From an uncultured Dechloromonas sp. (GTDB lineage Bacteria > Pseudomonadota > Gammaproteobacteria > Burkholderiales > Rhodocyclaceae), in assembly GCA_964604465.1 (NCBI GenBank), contig CAZRYZ010000001.1, positions 553-64,552 on the forward strand: 64,000 nt of DNA. Direction: 5' to 3'. Below are positions 22,689 through 33,245 of the stretch, piece by piece. The notes beneath the pieces are model-generated. The model ran no database searches, was not told the DNA's origin, and was given only the letters and a program-made list of their open reading frames with translations. A program made the translations under genes and the position numbers. Each line of letters begins with the position of its first letter. Within the stretch, counting starts at the first letter, position 1.

Positions 22689-23447
22689 ATGCGAATCGCC
22701 ACCTGGAACGTCAACTCGCTGAATGTCCGGCTGCCGCACCTGCTGGACTGGCTGGCTTCTGCAACGCCCGATGTCGTCGGTCTGCAGGAGATCAAATGCG
22801 AGGACGCCAAGTTTCCGATCGACGCCATTCGCGAAGCGGGTTATGAGGCGGTTTATGCCGGCCAGAAGACCTATAACGGCGTGGCGATTTTGTCGCGCTT
22901 ACCGATCAGCGCCGTGCAGCAGGGCATTCCCGGTTATACCGACCCGCAGCAACGGGTGATTGCGGCAACCATCGGCGGAATCCGCGTGGTCAATGCCTAC
23001 TTCCCCAACGGGCAGGCACCCGGCACGGAGAAATTCGCTTACAAGCTCGACTGGCTGGCGCACCTGACGGCGTGGCTGGAGCAAGAGCTCTCCGGAAAAC
23101 CCGAGCTGTGCCTCATCGGCGATTACAACATCGCACCCACCGATGCGGATGCCCACCCGGACTGGAAAGAGGCCATTCATGTCTCACCGCCCGAGCGAAC
23201 TGCTTTTGCCGCACTGGAGGCCCTGGGCCTTAGCGACGTGTTTCGTAAATTCGAACAGCCGGAAAAAAGTTTTTCCTGGTGGGACTACCGGATGAATGCG
23301 CTACGGCGGAATTTCGGGCTACGTATCGATCATATTCTGGCCAGCGCACCCCTTGCAGCGCGCTGCACTGACTGCACGATCGATAAGGCGCCCCGTTTAC
23401 TGGAGCGACCCTCGGATCACACGCCAGTGATCGCCACCTTTGACTAG
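22689..23447 (+). CDS. xth: Exodeoxyribonuclease III
   Basis: ATWNVNS, LQEIK, YNGVA, GDYNIAP, RIDHIL, SDHTP. Start ATG 22689. Confidence 0.95.
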   Translation: MRIATWNVNSLNVRLPHLLDWLASATPDVVGLQEIKCEDAKFPIDAIREAGYEAVYAGQKTYNGVAILSRLPISAVQQGIPGYTDPQQRVIAATIGGIRVVNAYFPNGQAPGTEKFAYKLDWLAHLTAWLEQELSGKPELCLIGDYNIAPTDADAHPDWKEAIHVSPPERTAFAALEALGLSDVFRKFEQPEKSFSWWDYRMNALRRNFGLRIDHILASAPLAARCTDCTIDKAPRLLERPSDHTPVIATFD

Positions 23448-23461
23448 AGGCTCGAAACCAA

Positions 23462-24274
23462 CTAAGCCAATTGATTGGCCAGTGCGACGAAATCGGCCTC
23501 AGTCAGTTGCTCGGCTCGCTCAGTGGGTGTGACGCCGGCCGCTTCAATCTGCTCGGCGTTCAACAAAGGTTTGAGCGTGTTACGCACCATCTTGCGCCGC
23601 TGCGAGAAAGCCGCATTAACGACCGACCGAAGCTTTGCCTCATCAACCGGTAAACGCATTTCGACCGGCTTCGGAATCATGCGCACCACCGCTGAATTGA
23701 CTTTGGGTGCCGGATCAAACGACTCGGGCGGTACATCCAGTAGCGGCTCGAGGTAGCAGTAGCGTTGCAACATGACTGAGAGTCGGCTGCGCTCGGCCTC
23801 CCCCGGCAGAGCCACCATGCGGTCAACGACTTCTTTCTGCAGCATCACATGGATATCACGGATGGATTCGACCTTGTCGAGCAGATGAAAGAGGATCGGC
23901 GTCGAAATGTTGTAGGGCAGGTTACCCACCACCCGCAGATCGGGGCCCAGGATCGAAAAATCAAACGCCAGGGCATCCCCGGCATGAATGGTCATTTGCT
24001 CGCGGCTGTATTTTTTTTCCAACCGGGCGATCAAATCACGATCGAGCTCCACCACATGCAGATGTCCGGCACGTTCCTGTAGCGGTTGCGTCAGGGCACC
24101 GAGGCCAGGCCCGATTTCCACCACCGACTCACCCGGACGCGGATTTACTGCATCAACAATGCCATGGATGATGCCCGGATCAATCAGAAAATTCTGACCA
24201 AAGCGTTTACGCGCTTTATGGCCGGTCTCTGCCGCCAAACTGCGCGCTTGGTTGGTAGGGCGATGATGACTCAT
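23462..24274 (-). CDS. rsmA: 16S rRNA dimethyladenosine transferase
   Basis: [22 protein letters not shown]. Confidence 0.97.
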   Translation of the reverse strand: MSHHRPTNQARSLAAETGHKARKRFGQNFLIDPGIIHGIVDAVNPRPGESVVEIGPGLGALTQPLQERAGHLHVVELDRDLIARLEKKYSREQMTIHAGDALAFDFSILGPDLRVVGNLPYNISTPILFHLLDKVESIRDIHVMLQKEVVDRMVALPGEAERSRLSVMLQRYCYLEPLLDVPPESFDPAPKVNSAVVRMIPKPVEMRLPVDEAKLRSVVNAAFSQRRKMVRNTLKPLLNAEQIEAAGVTPTERAEQLTEADFVALANQLA

Positions 24275-25287
24275 GCGGATGCCGCCAGTTGTGATGCCAA
24301 GGTTACGGCCGAGAAGAGACTGCCGGGGTCGGCTGCTTCGGCATCCGTGACGGGGCGCCCCGCCAGATCCAGAGCTGTGCCATGATCCACCGAAGTTCGG
24401 ATAATCGGCAGGCCTAGGGTGATGTTGATCCCCTGACCGAAGGTAGCGTATTTAAGCGGTGCCAGACCCTGATCATGGTACATCGCCAGCACAGCATCCC
24501 CCTTCGGCAACATGCGCGGTGTGAATAACGTATCGGCGGGCAAAGGGCCGATCAAGTGCATACCTTCACGGCGTAGGGATTCCAGTACCGGGATAATGAC
24601 TTCGATTTCTTCCCGTCCCATATGCCCACCTTCACCGGCATGCGGGTTAAGGCCGGCGACCAGAATCCGTGGCGAAGCCAGGCCAAATTTATCGCGCAGG
24701 TCCGCATACAGAATCCGTAGTACTGCGGTTAATTCTTCCGGCGTCATCGCTGCAGGAACGTTCGCCAGAGGCAGGTGCGTGGTGGCCAGCGCCACCCGGA
24801 GCGGGCCCTGGGGTGTATCTCCCGCCAGCATCATGACCACGCGCGGGGTCTGCGTCTGTTCGGCCAGGTATTCGGTATGCCCAGTAAAGGGGCGACCCGC
24901 TTCGTTGATGACCCCTTTGTGCAAGGGCGCTGTCACCATCGCAGCGAACTCTCCCTCACGACAACCGCGAACCGCCCGATCCAGCAGATGAATCACATCA
25001 CTCGCATTGGCGACATCGAGCTGACCCGGCACCACCGGAACCGATACCGGCATATCGCAAATCGTCAGCGAACCACGGCAAGATGCCTGTGCTGGCTGGG
25101 AGGGGTCGTATGATCGAATTTTTGGTGAGACGCCGATCTGTTGGGCCCGTGCTTCGAGGAGGGACCGATCGCCCAGGACGACCAGCTCATCGGGCCAGTC
25201 TCGCTCTGCCAGGCGCAGGCAGAGATCGGGGCCAATACCGGCCGGCTCGCCCGACGTAATAGCCAGTCGCCGAATCACTTGAGTCAT
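24271..25287 (-). CDS. pdxA: 4-hydroxythreonine-4-phosphate dehydrogenase
   Basis: [33 protein letters not shown]. Confidence 0.96.
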   Translation of the reverse strand: MTQVIRRLAITSGEPAGIGPDLCLRLAERDWPDELVVLGDRSLLEARAQQIGVSPKIRSYDPSQPAQASCRGSLTICDMPVSVPVVPGQLDVANASDVIHLLDRAVRGCREGEFAAMVTAPLHKGVINEAGRPFTGHTEYLAEQTQTPRVVMMLAGDTPQGPLRVALATTHLPLANVPAAMTPEELTAVLRILYADLRDKFGLASPRILVAGLNPHAGEGGHMGREEIEVIIPVLESLRREGMHLIGPLPADTLFTPRMLPKGDAVLAMYHDQGLAPLKYATFGQGINITLGLPIIRTSVDHGTALDLAGRPVTDAEAADPGSLFSAVTLASQLAASA

Positions 25288-26663
25288 TGGTCGTCGAGAC
25301 GGATCTCGACATAGGCGCGGTCACGCACCTGGCGGATCCATTCCAGATTGGCATCTTCCATCTTGCGCTGTCGCAAGGCCATCATGGCCCGCTGACGCTG
25401 CCGATCTGCTGAGACATCGGTAGTTCGCCGTTCCAGCACCTGAATGATGTGGAAACCAAAAGGAGACTGTACCGGGCCACTGATCTCGCCAATCTTCAGC
25501 GCGTTCATGGCCTGCTCAAAGGCCGGTACCGTATCACCCGGATATAACCAGCCCAGGTCGCCCCCCTTCTGGGCCGAGCCATCCTGGGAGTAGAGCTTAG
25601 CCAGCGCAGCAAAGTCATCACCCACTTTCAACCGTTCCTGCACATGGTTGATTTTCCGACGCGCCTCAGACTCCGAGGTGATTTCGGTGACCTTGATCAA
25701 GATATGCCGAGCATGCGTCTGCTGGACCTGTGGCAACGCATTGCTACCACCGCGACGCCCTAACAGCTTAACAATGTGAAAACCACTGGGGCTTCGTACG
25801 ACGTCACTGACCTGACCGGGTTGAAGGTTGGCAATAGCTGAGGACATTACCTGGGGTAGGCTATCCACAGGTCGGAAACCCAGATCTCCCCCCTGCATGG
25901 CATCATTGGATTCAGAATAGGTAGCCGCGAGTTGCGCGAAATCCTTACCTGCTTTGGCCTGTTCGTCGATACCGACGGCCTTGAGACGCAGCTTCTGAAG
26001 TGTTTCCGGTGAGGCGCCTTCGGGAATGCGGATGATGATATGGGCGAGGTGAACCTCCTCACCCGCGCCCGTCGTGGCCTGGTTCGCCAGGAAGTTATCA
26101 ACTTCACCGGGGCTGATGTTGATCTTGGCATCTACTTCACGTTCGCGAACCCGGGCAATCATCATCTGGTCACGGATCTCTTCGCGGAAATCGTTCCACT
26201 TCATACCGTCTTTTTCAACCGTCTGACGCATCTGGGCCGTCGAGACTTTCTGGTTGGCCGCGATCCGGTCGAGCGCCTGACTGAGTTCGTTGTCTTCCAC
26301 CCGGATACCCGCCTCCTTGGCCTGCTGCACCTGGGCCCGCTCGGTAATCATCTGATCCAGCACCTGGCGGCGAATGATCTCGGGGGGAGGTAACTGCACT
26401 TTCTGGCGATGCAATTGCGCCGTGGCCGCGCGTGTGCGAGCGTCCAGCTGATACTGGGTAATCACCCCCTCATTAACCACAGCGACGATCCGGTCCAGGG
26501 TCTGTGGCTGGTTTGGCCGATGTGCCGCCTCCTGAGAGTGAGTCGCTTTTGGCGCCGGCGTCGCGCTTTGAGCCAGCACCAATGAGGGCAACAGCATCAG
26601 CAGGAGCAGCATGCCCCACAGGCGGATACCAAAGGAAGTCACGATAGGGTTCATTGATCTCAT
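25284..26663 (-). CDS. surA: Periplasmic chaperone/PPIase SurA
   Basis: DRIVAVVN, two parvulin domains (GGDLG, GFHI); lptD-surA-pdxA-rsmA synteny. Confidence 0.95.
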   Translation of the reverse strand: MRSMNPIVTSFGIRLWGMLLLLMLLPSLVLAQSATPAPKATHSQEAAHRPNQPQTLDRIVAVVNEGVITQYQLDARTRAATAQLHRQKVQLPPPEIIRRQVLDQMITERAQVQQAKEAGIRVEDNELSQALDRIAANQKVSTAQMRQTVEKDGMKWNDFREEIRDQMMIARVREREVDAKINISPGEVDNFLANQATTGAGEEVHLAHIIIRIPEGASPETLQKLRLKAVGIDEQAKAGKDFAQLAATYSESNDAMQGGDLGFRPVDSLPQVMSSAIANLQPGQVSDVVRSPSGFHIVKLLGRRGGSNALPQVQQTHARHILIKVTEITSESEARRKINHVQERLKVGDDFAALAKLYSQDGSAQKGGDLGWLYPGDTVPAFEQAMNALKIGEISGPVQSPFGFHIIQVLERRTTDVSADRQRQRAMMALRQRKMEDANLEWIRQVRDRAYVEIRLDDQ

Positions 26664-26689
26664 GATGCGTGGTCTTTGCCCAGGCTTGA

Positions 26690-29600
26690 TCAGTAGTAAG
26701 GGTCAGTCATTGGTGCCATGAAGGCGGCATCCGAGGTTCTGGTGTAATTCGGGATGTTCCGACGCAACACATCGAGCGGACTGGAGCCCACACTGCCCAT
26801 GCCCTTCAGCTCAAGCTGAAGGAAGAAGCTAGTGTTGAGGAACGGCGTCTGGGTCGAACTGTAGGTGATAGCGCGATGGTACACCGCACGCAATGCCCAA
26901 CAGGCCGAGTTGTACTCAAGACCGGCCAGGCTCTCAATCTGTGATGACTGAACGGCCGAATAGGTATAACGACCGACCGCACGCAGCGGGCCCCAGATCT
27001 TCCAGGCGCCATTGATGTCATTCTGCATCACGGCATTGGAAGAGCCACCGCCCGGAATGTAGTCTTCATTCTGATAACGGTAGGTGTAGTTCAGCACGTT
27101 CTCGCGGCTGGGCTGGAAGCGGGCACCGATATTGGCGCGGTTGATGCGGTTCACGGTGCCGTTGCCCACCGAGGCCGCCTGATCATAGGGACTCACCTGA
27201 GCAAAACCATTGATCGAGGTATAAGGCGCCACCATGCCTGAAGCCTGGGCAAAGTAGTCGTTCGCATTGTAGCTACTCGTCGATTGGCTAGAGTAGAGGT
27301 TGACCTGCTGCGGCTGGAAAAGAATCCGTTGACCAATGCTGAAGCTCATCAGCTGCTGGCCAGTCTTTTCCATGGTGTAGCGAGAGGTGACTGCTGCGGT
27401 GACCTGATTGGCGTTGGATACCCGGTCCCAACCGGTAAACATGTTCTCGCTGAACATCTGGGCGTAGCTCACGTCAGCCACGCCGGTATCAAACAGCGGC
27501 AGATTGGTTTGGTCACGCAATGGTACGTACAGGTAGTACAACCGAGGTTCCAGAGTCTGATTGAGGTTACGACCGAAGTACTGTGTCTTGCGATCGAAGA
27601 CTAGCCCCGAATCCAGCGACAAGATAGGTAACGTACGCGATACATTATCCGAGCCGATTGCAGTACCTGAATCATAAGCACCCGAGTTGGTTAGCTGACC
27701 TGCGTTGGTGTTGTACTGCGTGTAGTGCACCCCAAACTTCGGCGTCAGGAAGGAGCCGGGGCTTTGCCAGCTCGTCGCCACCTGCGGATAAGCCCAGAAG
27801 CGGTTGCCCTGAACGTAGCTCTGCGTCTGATTGGTGAAATACGAATTATTCGCCGAAAGCAAGGCATCCAGACGGGTAGGCTGATCAAACATGCCATTGC
27901 TCTGGATGACCTCCAGTTCATCCTGGTCGTTCAGGCGCACATTGCTGAAACCGGCGGCACCGAGCAGCGAACGGTTCATGCTGAAATTAACCTGGGGCAG
28001 AAGCTGATAAGGGGTCGACACCGGCGCACTGGGGTTAAAGTTCAGCGTTTGGTAGCCTTGCGCCACTACCGAGGCATTCCAGCTTTGGGAACCATAATTC
28101 AACCGGCCAGTGCGGGGCAAATAAGATTGCGACATCGCCGCTAGCGAGTTGTTCAGGTCGGTGAAGTAATACGAGTCCGACACACCCTGCAGATCCCAGG
28201 CACCCGATAAACCTGGCAGATAATTTCCGAAGTTCTGCTGGTGCTGGGATAGGAAACTCCACCGATCCCGATTGGACAGGTTATCGTGGGGCATGAACGT
28301 GAAGGCGTCACGCCCGTTGAAGGTTGGCGCCGCGCTCTTGCCCTGATTACCCATGTATCGGCCATCCAGGCCCAACAACACGCCCCGCTTACCGTAAACG
28401 GTAGGCACAAAGGTCGCATCGTAATTGGGTGCTAGGTTGAAGTAATAAGGCAGTGCGGCCTGGAAACCATTGAGCTGCGAGGTTCCGAAACTTGGCGAGA
28501 GGAAGCCCGAGTGTCGCCCCTTATCCAGCGGGAAGAAACCGTAGGGTAGATAGACAAAGGGAACGTTCTGGAAGTACAGCAACGAATTCGAAACGTTGCC
28601 TGAGTTCTGCTCATAATCGGCGTGGTAGGTTGAGGCTCGCAGATACCAGCCACTATCGCCTGCCGGGCAGGTGGTGTACGTGGCGTCTTCGGCCTTGTAT
28701 CGCCCCTCGCCCTCAAAATAGATGCGCGAGGCCTGCCCATGAGAAATGGTCTCGATCACCTTGGCCAGGGGTGCCTGGCCCGGCAACAGGACGTTGCCTT
28801 CGGCGCCGGTGATATTGGCATTGGGCGAATCCACTGGCACGCTTTCGGTCGTTGCCGGTGCGGCAATGGACGACACACCGGGCTCCTGGGTGATGGTCGC
28901 ACTGGCAGCGCCGCCATAGGATGGGACACTACCGGGAGCGCTGGCTACCTGCTGACTGGTCGCAGGCGCACCCGTCCCGCCTATCGAGGGCGCATTGAAG
29001 GTCCATGGCCCCTGATTCGGCTGGGTCACGCGCTTCTGCTGACGAATTTCGTAGTTGACGTTATCGATATAGCCGGTGCGCGCCGCTACGACCATATTGG
29101 CGTCCGAGCCGGTCATCGTGGTCCCCTGCTGGGGATCACGGTAGATCACGTTGCCCTGTGCGTCGACGTTGTCTTCCACGATGTTGTAGACCATGCGGTC
29201 GGCATTGAGCAGCGCGCCATCGCGTCGCAATTCGGCATTGCCCGTGGCAATCAGCTCCAGATCATTACGACCCGTGATCGTATCGGCCAGCAGCTCGGTC
29301 TGCTCCTTGGGTAAGGGCTTCGGCATCGGTTGCGGCTCTACCGGTGGCTCTGCATCAGTCGCTGCCAGCGGCTCGTTCTTACGGTCACGGCTGGCCACTG
29401 CGGTTTCGGTTGGCTGAACGCGTGCCGGCAAGGGCTCGGTCGGCACTGCCGGCGCCGAAGGCACGCGCGGTGCCGCAGGGCTCTCGGGCGCCGCGGGAGT
29501 TGGCGTGGGCTCTGGTGCCGGCGTCCTGACCGGGGCCTCGGCCACCTTGGCGGGTGCGGCGCGTGTGGGCGCCTGGGCATCTGCCAGAGGCACGCCGTCG

Positions 29601-29974
29601 GATACGGCTTTGGTCGGGCTGGCCGCCGGCGTGGATTTGGGTTCCGCCACCGCGCTCTTTGCCGATTTTGTTGAAGCCGTCGGCGGCACAATACCGCCCA
29701 ACGCCGCGGGCGGTGCCGCAGCGGGTGCGCCCCCTAACAGTGCCGGATCAATCAGCAACGGCGCCATACGGGTCGGCGTGGCTGAACTCTGCGCCATTGC
29801 GTCACCCGCGTGAAGTGATGCGCCCAGAGCAATCCCCATCCCCATAGCCAGGCCAAGACCAACGCCCATCCGGGTACCGACCCGCACACCCACCTCGGCC
29901 AGCAACCGCGCAACGGGACGCCGTGCCGCCACCGGACCGCACGCAGCCGTCAGCGCACCCTTGAGGTGTCGCAC
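26690..29974 (-). CDS. lptD: LPS assembly protein LptD (unusually long)
   Basis: YTTCP, PYYFNLAPNYD, QTLEPRLYY, DRVSNANQ, FLQLELKG. Start uncertain: GTG 29974 or a later ATG. A likely minus-strand -10 (TGCTAGAAT, ~30078-30086) argues against 30172. Confidence 0.88.
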   Translation of the reverse strand: MRHLKGALTAACGPVAARRPVARLLAEVGVRVGTRMGVGLGLAMGMGIALGASLHAGDAMAQSSATPTRMAPLLIDPALLGGAPAAAPPAALGGIVPPTASTKSAKSAVAEPKSTPAASPTKAVSDGVPLADAQAPTRAAPAKVAEAPVRTPAPEPTPTPAAPESPAAPRVPSAPAVPTEPLPARVQPTETAVASRDRKNEPLAATDAEPPVEPQPMPKPLPKEQTELLADTITGRNDLELIATGNAELRRDGALLNADRMVYNIVEDNVDAQGNVIYRDPQQGTTMTGSDANMVVAARTGYIDNVNYEIRQQKRVTQPNQGPWTFNAPSIGGTGAPATSQQVASAPGSVPSYGGAASATITQEPGVSSIAAPATTESVPVDSPNANITGAEGNVLLPGQAPLAKVIETISHGQASRIYFEGEGRYKAEDATYTTCPAGDSGWYLRASTYHADYEQNSGNVSNSLLYFQNVPFVYLPYGFFPLDKGRHSGFLSPSFGTSQLNGFQAALPYYFNLAPNYDATFVPTVYGKRGVLLGLDGRYMGNQGKSAAPTFNGRDAFTFMPHDNLSNRDRWSFLSQHQQNFGNYLPGLSGAWDLQGVSDSYYFTDLNNSLAAMSQSYLPRTGRLNYGSQSWNASVVAQGYQTLNFNPSAPVSTPYQLLPQVNFSMNRSLLGAAGFSNVRLNDQDELEVIQSNGMFDQPTRLDALLSANNSYFTNQTQSYVQGNRFWAYPQVATSWQSPGSFLTPKFGVHYTQYNTNAGQLTNSGAYDSGTAIGSDNVSRTLPILSLDSGLVFDRKTQYFGRNLNQTLEPRLYYLYVPLRDQTNLPLFDTGVADVSYAQMFSENMFTGWDRVSNANQVTAAVTSRYTMEKTGQQLMSFSIGQRILFQPQQVNLYSSQSTSSYNANDYFAQASGMVAPYTSINGFAQVSPYDQAASVGNGTVNRINRANIGARFQPSRENVLNYTYRYQNEDYIPGGGSSNAVMQNDINGAWKIWGPLRAVGRYTYSAVQSSQIESLAGLEYNSACWALRAVYHRAITYSSTQTPFLNTSFFLQLELKGMGSVGSSPLDVLRRNIPNYTRTSDAAFMAPMTDPYY

Positions 29975-30113
29975 CGGAATGGATTCAGGTTGAAAAACGG
30001 ACAAAGTTGGCAAAACCCGAGCAAAGACAGAAAGACCCGCCGCAAAGACGCACCAAGGGCAAGGTAAAATAGCGTCAATTCTAGCATTTTCGGGCCAGCC
30101 AACCCCCATCGCC

Positions 30114-31148
30114 ATGACCGCACCCGCTACAAACGATCCCCGCCTGGACACGGGCCTCCAATTCGTGATCAAGAGCCAGCTGCACCCGGGAACCCCGGCC
30201 CTGTCGCCGGCCTCGGCGGACGCCAGTTTCCGTCGCTATTTCCGGGCCACCTGGCCGGGTGGCGAGACGGCCATTCTGATGGATGCGCCGCCGGACAAGG
30301 AGGATGTTCGTCCCTTCGTCCGTATCGCCGGCCTGATGGCTGATGCGGGTCTGACCGCCCCCCGGGTCCTGGCGGCTGATGTGGACAACGGCTACCTGCT
30401 ACTAAACGATCTCGGCCATGTCGGTTATCTGAAAACCCTGCACACAGCCGACGCCAAAGAGGCTGACACCCTCATGCGGGGTGCCATCAAAGCACTGGTC
30501 CAATGGCAGCAATCTTCACAGGCGGGCGTCCTACCCACGTATGACGAGACCCTGCTCCGCCGTGAACTCGAACTCTTTCCCGAGTGGTGTATCGGCAAGC
30601 ATGCCGGCCTAGCGCTTAGCGAAAAAGAACAGGGGTGGCTGGATGGTGTGATGGCCGCCTTAGTGAAGTCGGCGCTGGATCAGCCCAGCGTCTTCGTGCA
30701 TCGCGATTACATGCCACGCAACATGATGCGCACCGATGACGCCCAAGTGCCGGCGATTCTGGATTTTCAGGATGCCGTCTACGGCCCGATCACCTACGAC
30801 GTGGTATCGCTGTTCCGCGATGCGTTCATCTCCTGGGATGAAGAACGCGAACTGGACTGGGTGATCCGCTACTGGGAAGAGGCGCGCAAGGCCGGTCTGC
30901 CGGTGCATGCCGACTTCGGCGACTTCTGGCGCGCCTACGAGTTCATGGGCTTGCAGCGCCACCTCAAGGTGCTGGGTATTTTCTGCCGCCTGAACTATCG
31001 TGATGGCAAATCACATTATCTGGAAGATCTGCCGCGCTTCTACAACTATGCCTTTCGCACGGCCGAACGCTATGCCGAGCTGCGACCGCTGATCCCCATT
31101 CTGGAACGCCTGTCGCCGCGCGATCTGCAGATCGGTTACACCTTCTGA
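30114..31148 (+). CDS. amgK: Anomeric MurNAc/GlcNAc kinase
   Basis: DASFRRYFR, HRDYMPRN, LDFQDA, QRHLKVLGIF; paired with murU and divergent from lptD. Confidence 0.92.
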   Translation: MTAPATNDPRLDTGLQFVIKSQLHPGTPALSPASADASFRRYFRATWPGGETAILMDAPPDKEDVRPFVRIAGLMADAGLTAPRVLAADVDNGYLLLNDLGHVGYLKTLHTADAKEADTLMRGAIKALVQWQQSSQAGVLPTYDETLLRRELELFPEWCIGKHAGLALSEKEQGWLDGVMAALVKSALDQPSVFVHRDYMPRNMMRTDDAQVPAILDFQDAVYGPITYDVVSLFRDAFISWDEERELDWVIRYWEEARKAGLPVHADFGDFWRAYEFMGLQRHLKVLGIFCRLNYRDGKSHYLEDLPRFYNYAFRTAERYAELRPLIPILERLSPRDLQIGYTF

Positions 31149-31156
31149 GGCCCCTC

Positions 31157-31846
31157 ATGCGTGCGATGATTCTGGCGGCCGGCCGTGGCGAACGGATGCG
31201 CCCCCTGACCGACCATTGCCCGAAGCCGCTGCTGCCGGTTGGCGATAAACCCCTGATCGTCTACCACCTTGAACGGCTCGCCGCGGCCGGCTTCAAGGAC
31301 ATCGTCATCAACCATGCACACCTTGGCGAACAACTCATCGCCGCACTGGGCAATGGCCAGCCATGGGGTTTATCGATTAACTGGTCGCCAGAACCCGTTG
31401 GGGCACTGGAAACAGCGGGGGGTATTCGACACGCCCTCACGCATCTGGACGACGGTCACGACAGCCCCTTTCTCGTGCTCAACGGGGATATCTACTGCGA
31501 TTGGCCAATTCGCCCAATGGCGCTGGGCGAGAACGATCTGGCGCACCTGGTGCTTGTAGAGAACCCACCCCAGCATCCCGCAGGCGATTTCGTTATGAAC
31601 GGTCACCGGGTCACCGACAAGTCGGATTCAGCACCCGCCCTCACCTTCGCGGGCATTGGTTTTTACCGCCCCAGCCTCTTTGCCCATCTGGTGGATGGCG
31701 ACGCGGCAAAACTGGCACCCCTACTGCGCGATGCGATGGCACAAGGCCGGGTCAGCGGTGAGCACCACCCGGGGCGATGGGAAGATGTCGGCACGCCGGA
31801 ACGGCTTGCCAAGCTTGACGCCGAACTCCGGTCCAGCCGTCGCTGA
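31157..31846 (+). CDS. murU: MurNAc-1-phosphate uridylyltransferase
   Basis: LAAGRGERMRPLT, PKPLL, LETAGG, W.DVGTPERL. Confidence 0.92.
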   Translation: MRAMILAAGRGERMRPLTDHCPKPLLPVGDKPLIVYHLERLAAAGFKDIVINHAHLGEQLIAALGNGQPWGLSINWSPEPVGALETAGGIRHALTHLDDGHDSPFLVLNGDIYCDWPIRPMALGENDLAHLVLVENPPQHPAGDFVMNGHRVTDKSDSAPALTFAGIGFYRPSLFAHLVDGDAAKLAPLLRDAMAQGRVSGEHHPGRWEDVGTPERLAKLDAELRSSRR

Positions 31847-31884
31847 GGCTACTCCCTACCGCTATTGCCGCGTATCATGCTGCC

Positions 31885-33243
31885 ATGACGGAACGACACC
31901 TCCCGCCGCCACTGGCGCCGTTGACACCCACTGATTTTGATCCGACCCCCTTCGTACGGCGCCGCGCCGCCCTGCTGCAACAAATGCACCAGCAAGGGCG
32001 TGGGGTGGCTATCATCCCGACGAGCAGCGAAACACTACGTAACCGGGACACGCATCACCCCTTCCGTTTTGACAGCAATTTCTGGTACCTGACCGGTTTT
32101 GAAGAACCCGATGCCGTCCTGGTGCTGCTGGTCTCCGATACCCCGCAGAGCCTCCTGTTCTGCCGCAACAAGGATGTCGAGCGTGAATTGTGGGATGGGT
32201 TCCGCTTCGGACCCGAGGCTGCCCGCGAACAGTTTGCTTTTGACCATGCCTTCCCGCTGGAATCACTCGACGAGGTCGTGGCCGAACACCTGATCGGTGC
32301 TCGCACCCTCTGGCATAGCGTCGGTACCAGCCCGGCATGGGACGCCCGCGTCGGGCGCTGGCTAGAGCATGCCCGCAGCCAGGCGCGCGCCGGCAAACAA
32401 CCACCGACCCTGATTGCCGACTGGCGGGCGCTGGTCGAACCCATGCGCCGCATCAAGGATGCTGGTGAACTCGCGCTGATGCAGCGCGCTGCGGATATTG
32501 CCGCCAATGCCCATAGCCGGGCAATGCGCGCCTGCCACCCCGGTGTTTTTGAATACCAACTAGATGCCGAGCTGCAATTTGCCTTTTTGCAGGCCGGCGG
32601 CCACCCGCCCTCATACCCATCAATTATCGCCGGCGGCACCAATGCGTGCATCCTGCATTACACCGCTAACAACCAGCCACTCCGGGATGGAGATCTGGTG
32701 CTGATTGATGCCGGTTGCGAGGTCAGCGGTTACGCTTCTGACATTACCCGCACTTTCCCGGTAAACGGCCGATTCAGCGCTGCACAGCGCGAACTCTACG
32801 CAGTCACCTTAGCCGCACAGATCGCCGCCATTGAAGCCGCAAAACCGGGGGCTGCTTTCCATGCCCCCCATGACGCGGCACTGCGTGTTCTGGTCCAGGG
32901 CATGATCGACCTCAGGCTTTGCCAGGGTAGCATCGACAGCGTAATCGAATCCGGTGACTATCGCCGCTTCTATATGCATCGCACCAGCCACTGGCTGGGG
33001 CTGGACGTGCACGATGCTGGCCCGTACCACGAAGAGGACGAGTGGGTGCGACTGCAGCCGGGCATGACCCTCACCATCGAACCGGGCATCTATGTCCGCC
33101 CTGCAGACCATGTTCCCGCCGCCTTCCACCAAATTGGCATCCGGATCGAAGATGACGTGGTGGTCACCGAGTCCGGTTGCCGGGTGATGACGGCCGGCGC
33201 CCCCAAAGAGATCGCCGCCATCGAACAATGGATGGCCGGCTAG
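31885..33243 (+). CDS. pepP: Xaa-Pro aminopeptidase
   Basis: IDAG, SDITRT, H.LGLDVHD, TIEPG, GIRIEDD. Confidence 0.94.
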   Translation: MTERHLPPPLAPLTPTDFDPTPFVRRRAALLQQMHQQGRGVAIIPTSSETLRNRDTHHPFRFDSNFWYLTGFEEPDAVLVLLVSDTPQSLLFCRNKDVERELWDGFRFGPEAAREQFAFDHAFPLESLDEVVAEHLIGARTLWHSVGTSPAWDARVGRWLEHARSQARAGKQPPTLIADWRALVEPMRRIKDAGELALMQRAADIAANAHSRAMRACHPGVFEYQLDAELQFAFLQAGGHPPSYPSIIAGGTNACILHYTANNQPLRDGDLVLIDAGCEVSGYASDITRTFPVNGRFSAAQRELYAVTLAAQIAAIEAAKPGAAFHAPHDAALRVLVQGMIDLRLCQGSIDSVIESGDYRRFYMHRTSHWLGLDVHDAGPYHEEDEWVRLQPGMTLTIEPGIYVRPADHVPAAFHQIGIRIEDDVVVTESGCRVMTAGAPKEIAAIEQWMAG

Positions 33244-33245
33244 CC

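Noticed and set aside
29975-30172. N-terminal extension giving a 1160-aa LptD
   Set aside because: Overlaps amgK and the probable divergent -10 elements near 30065-30086; the real start is downstream.
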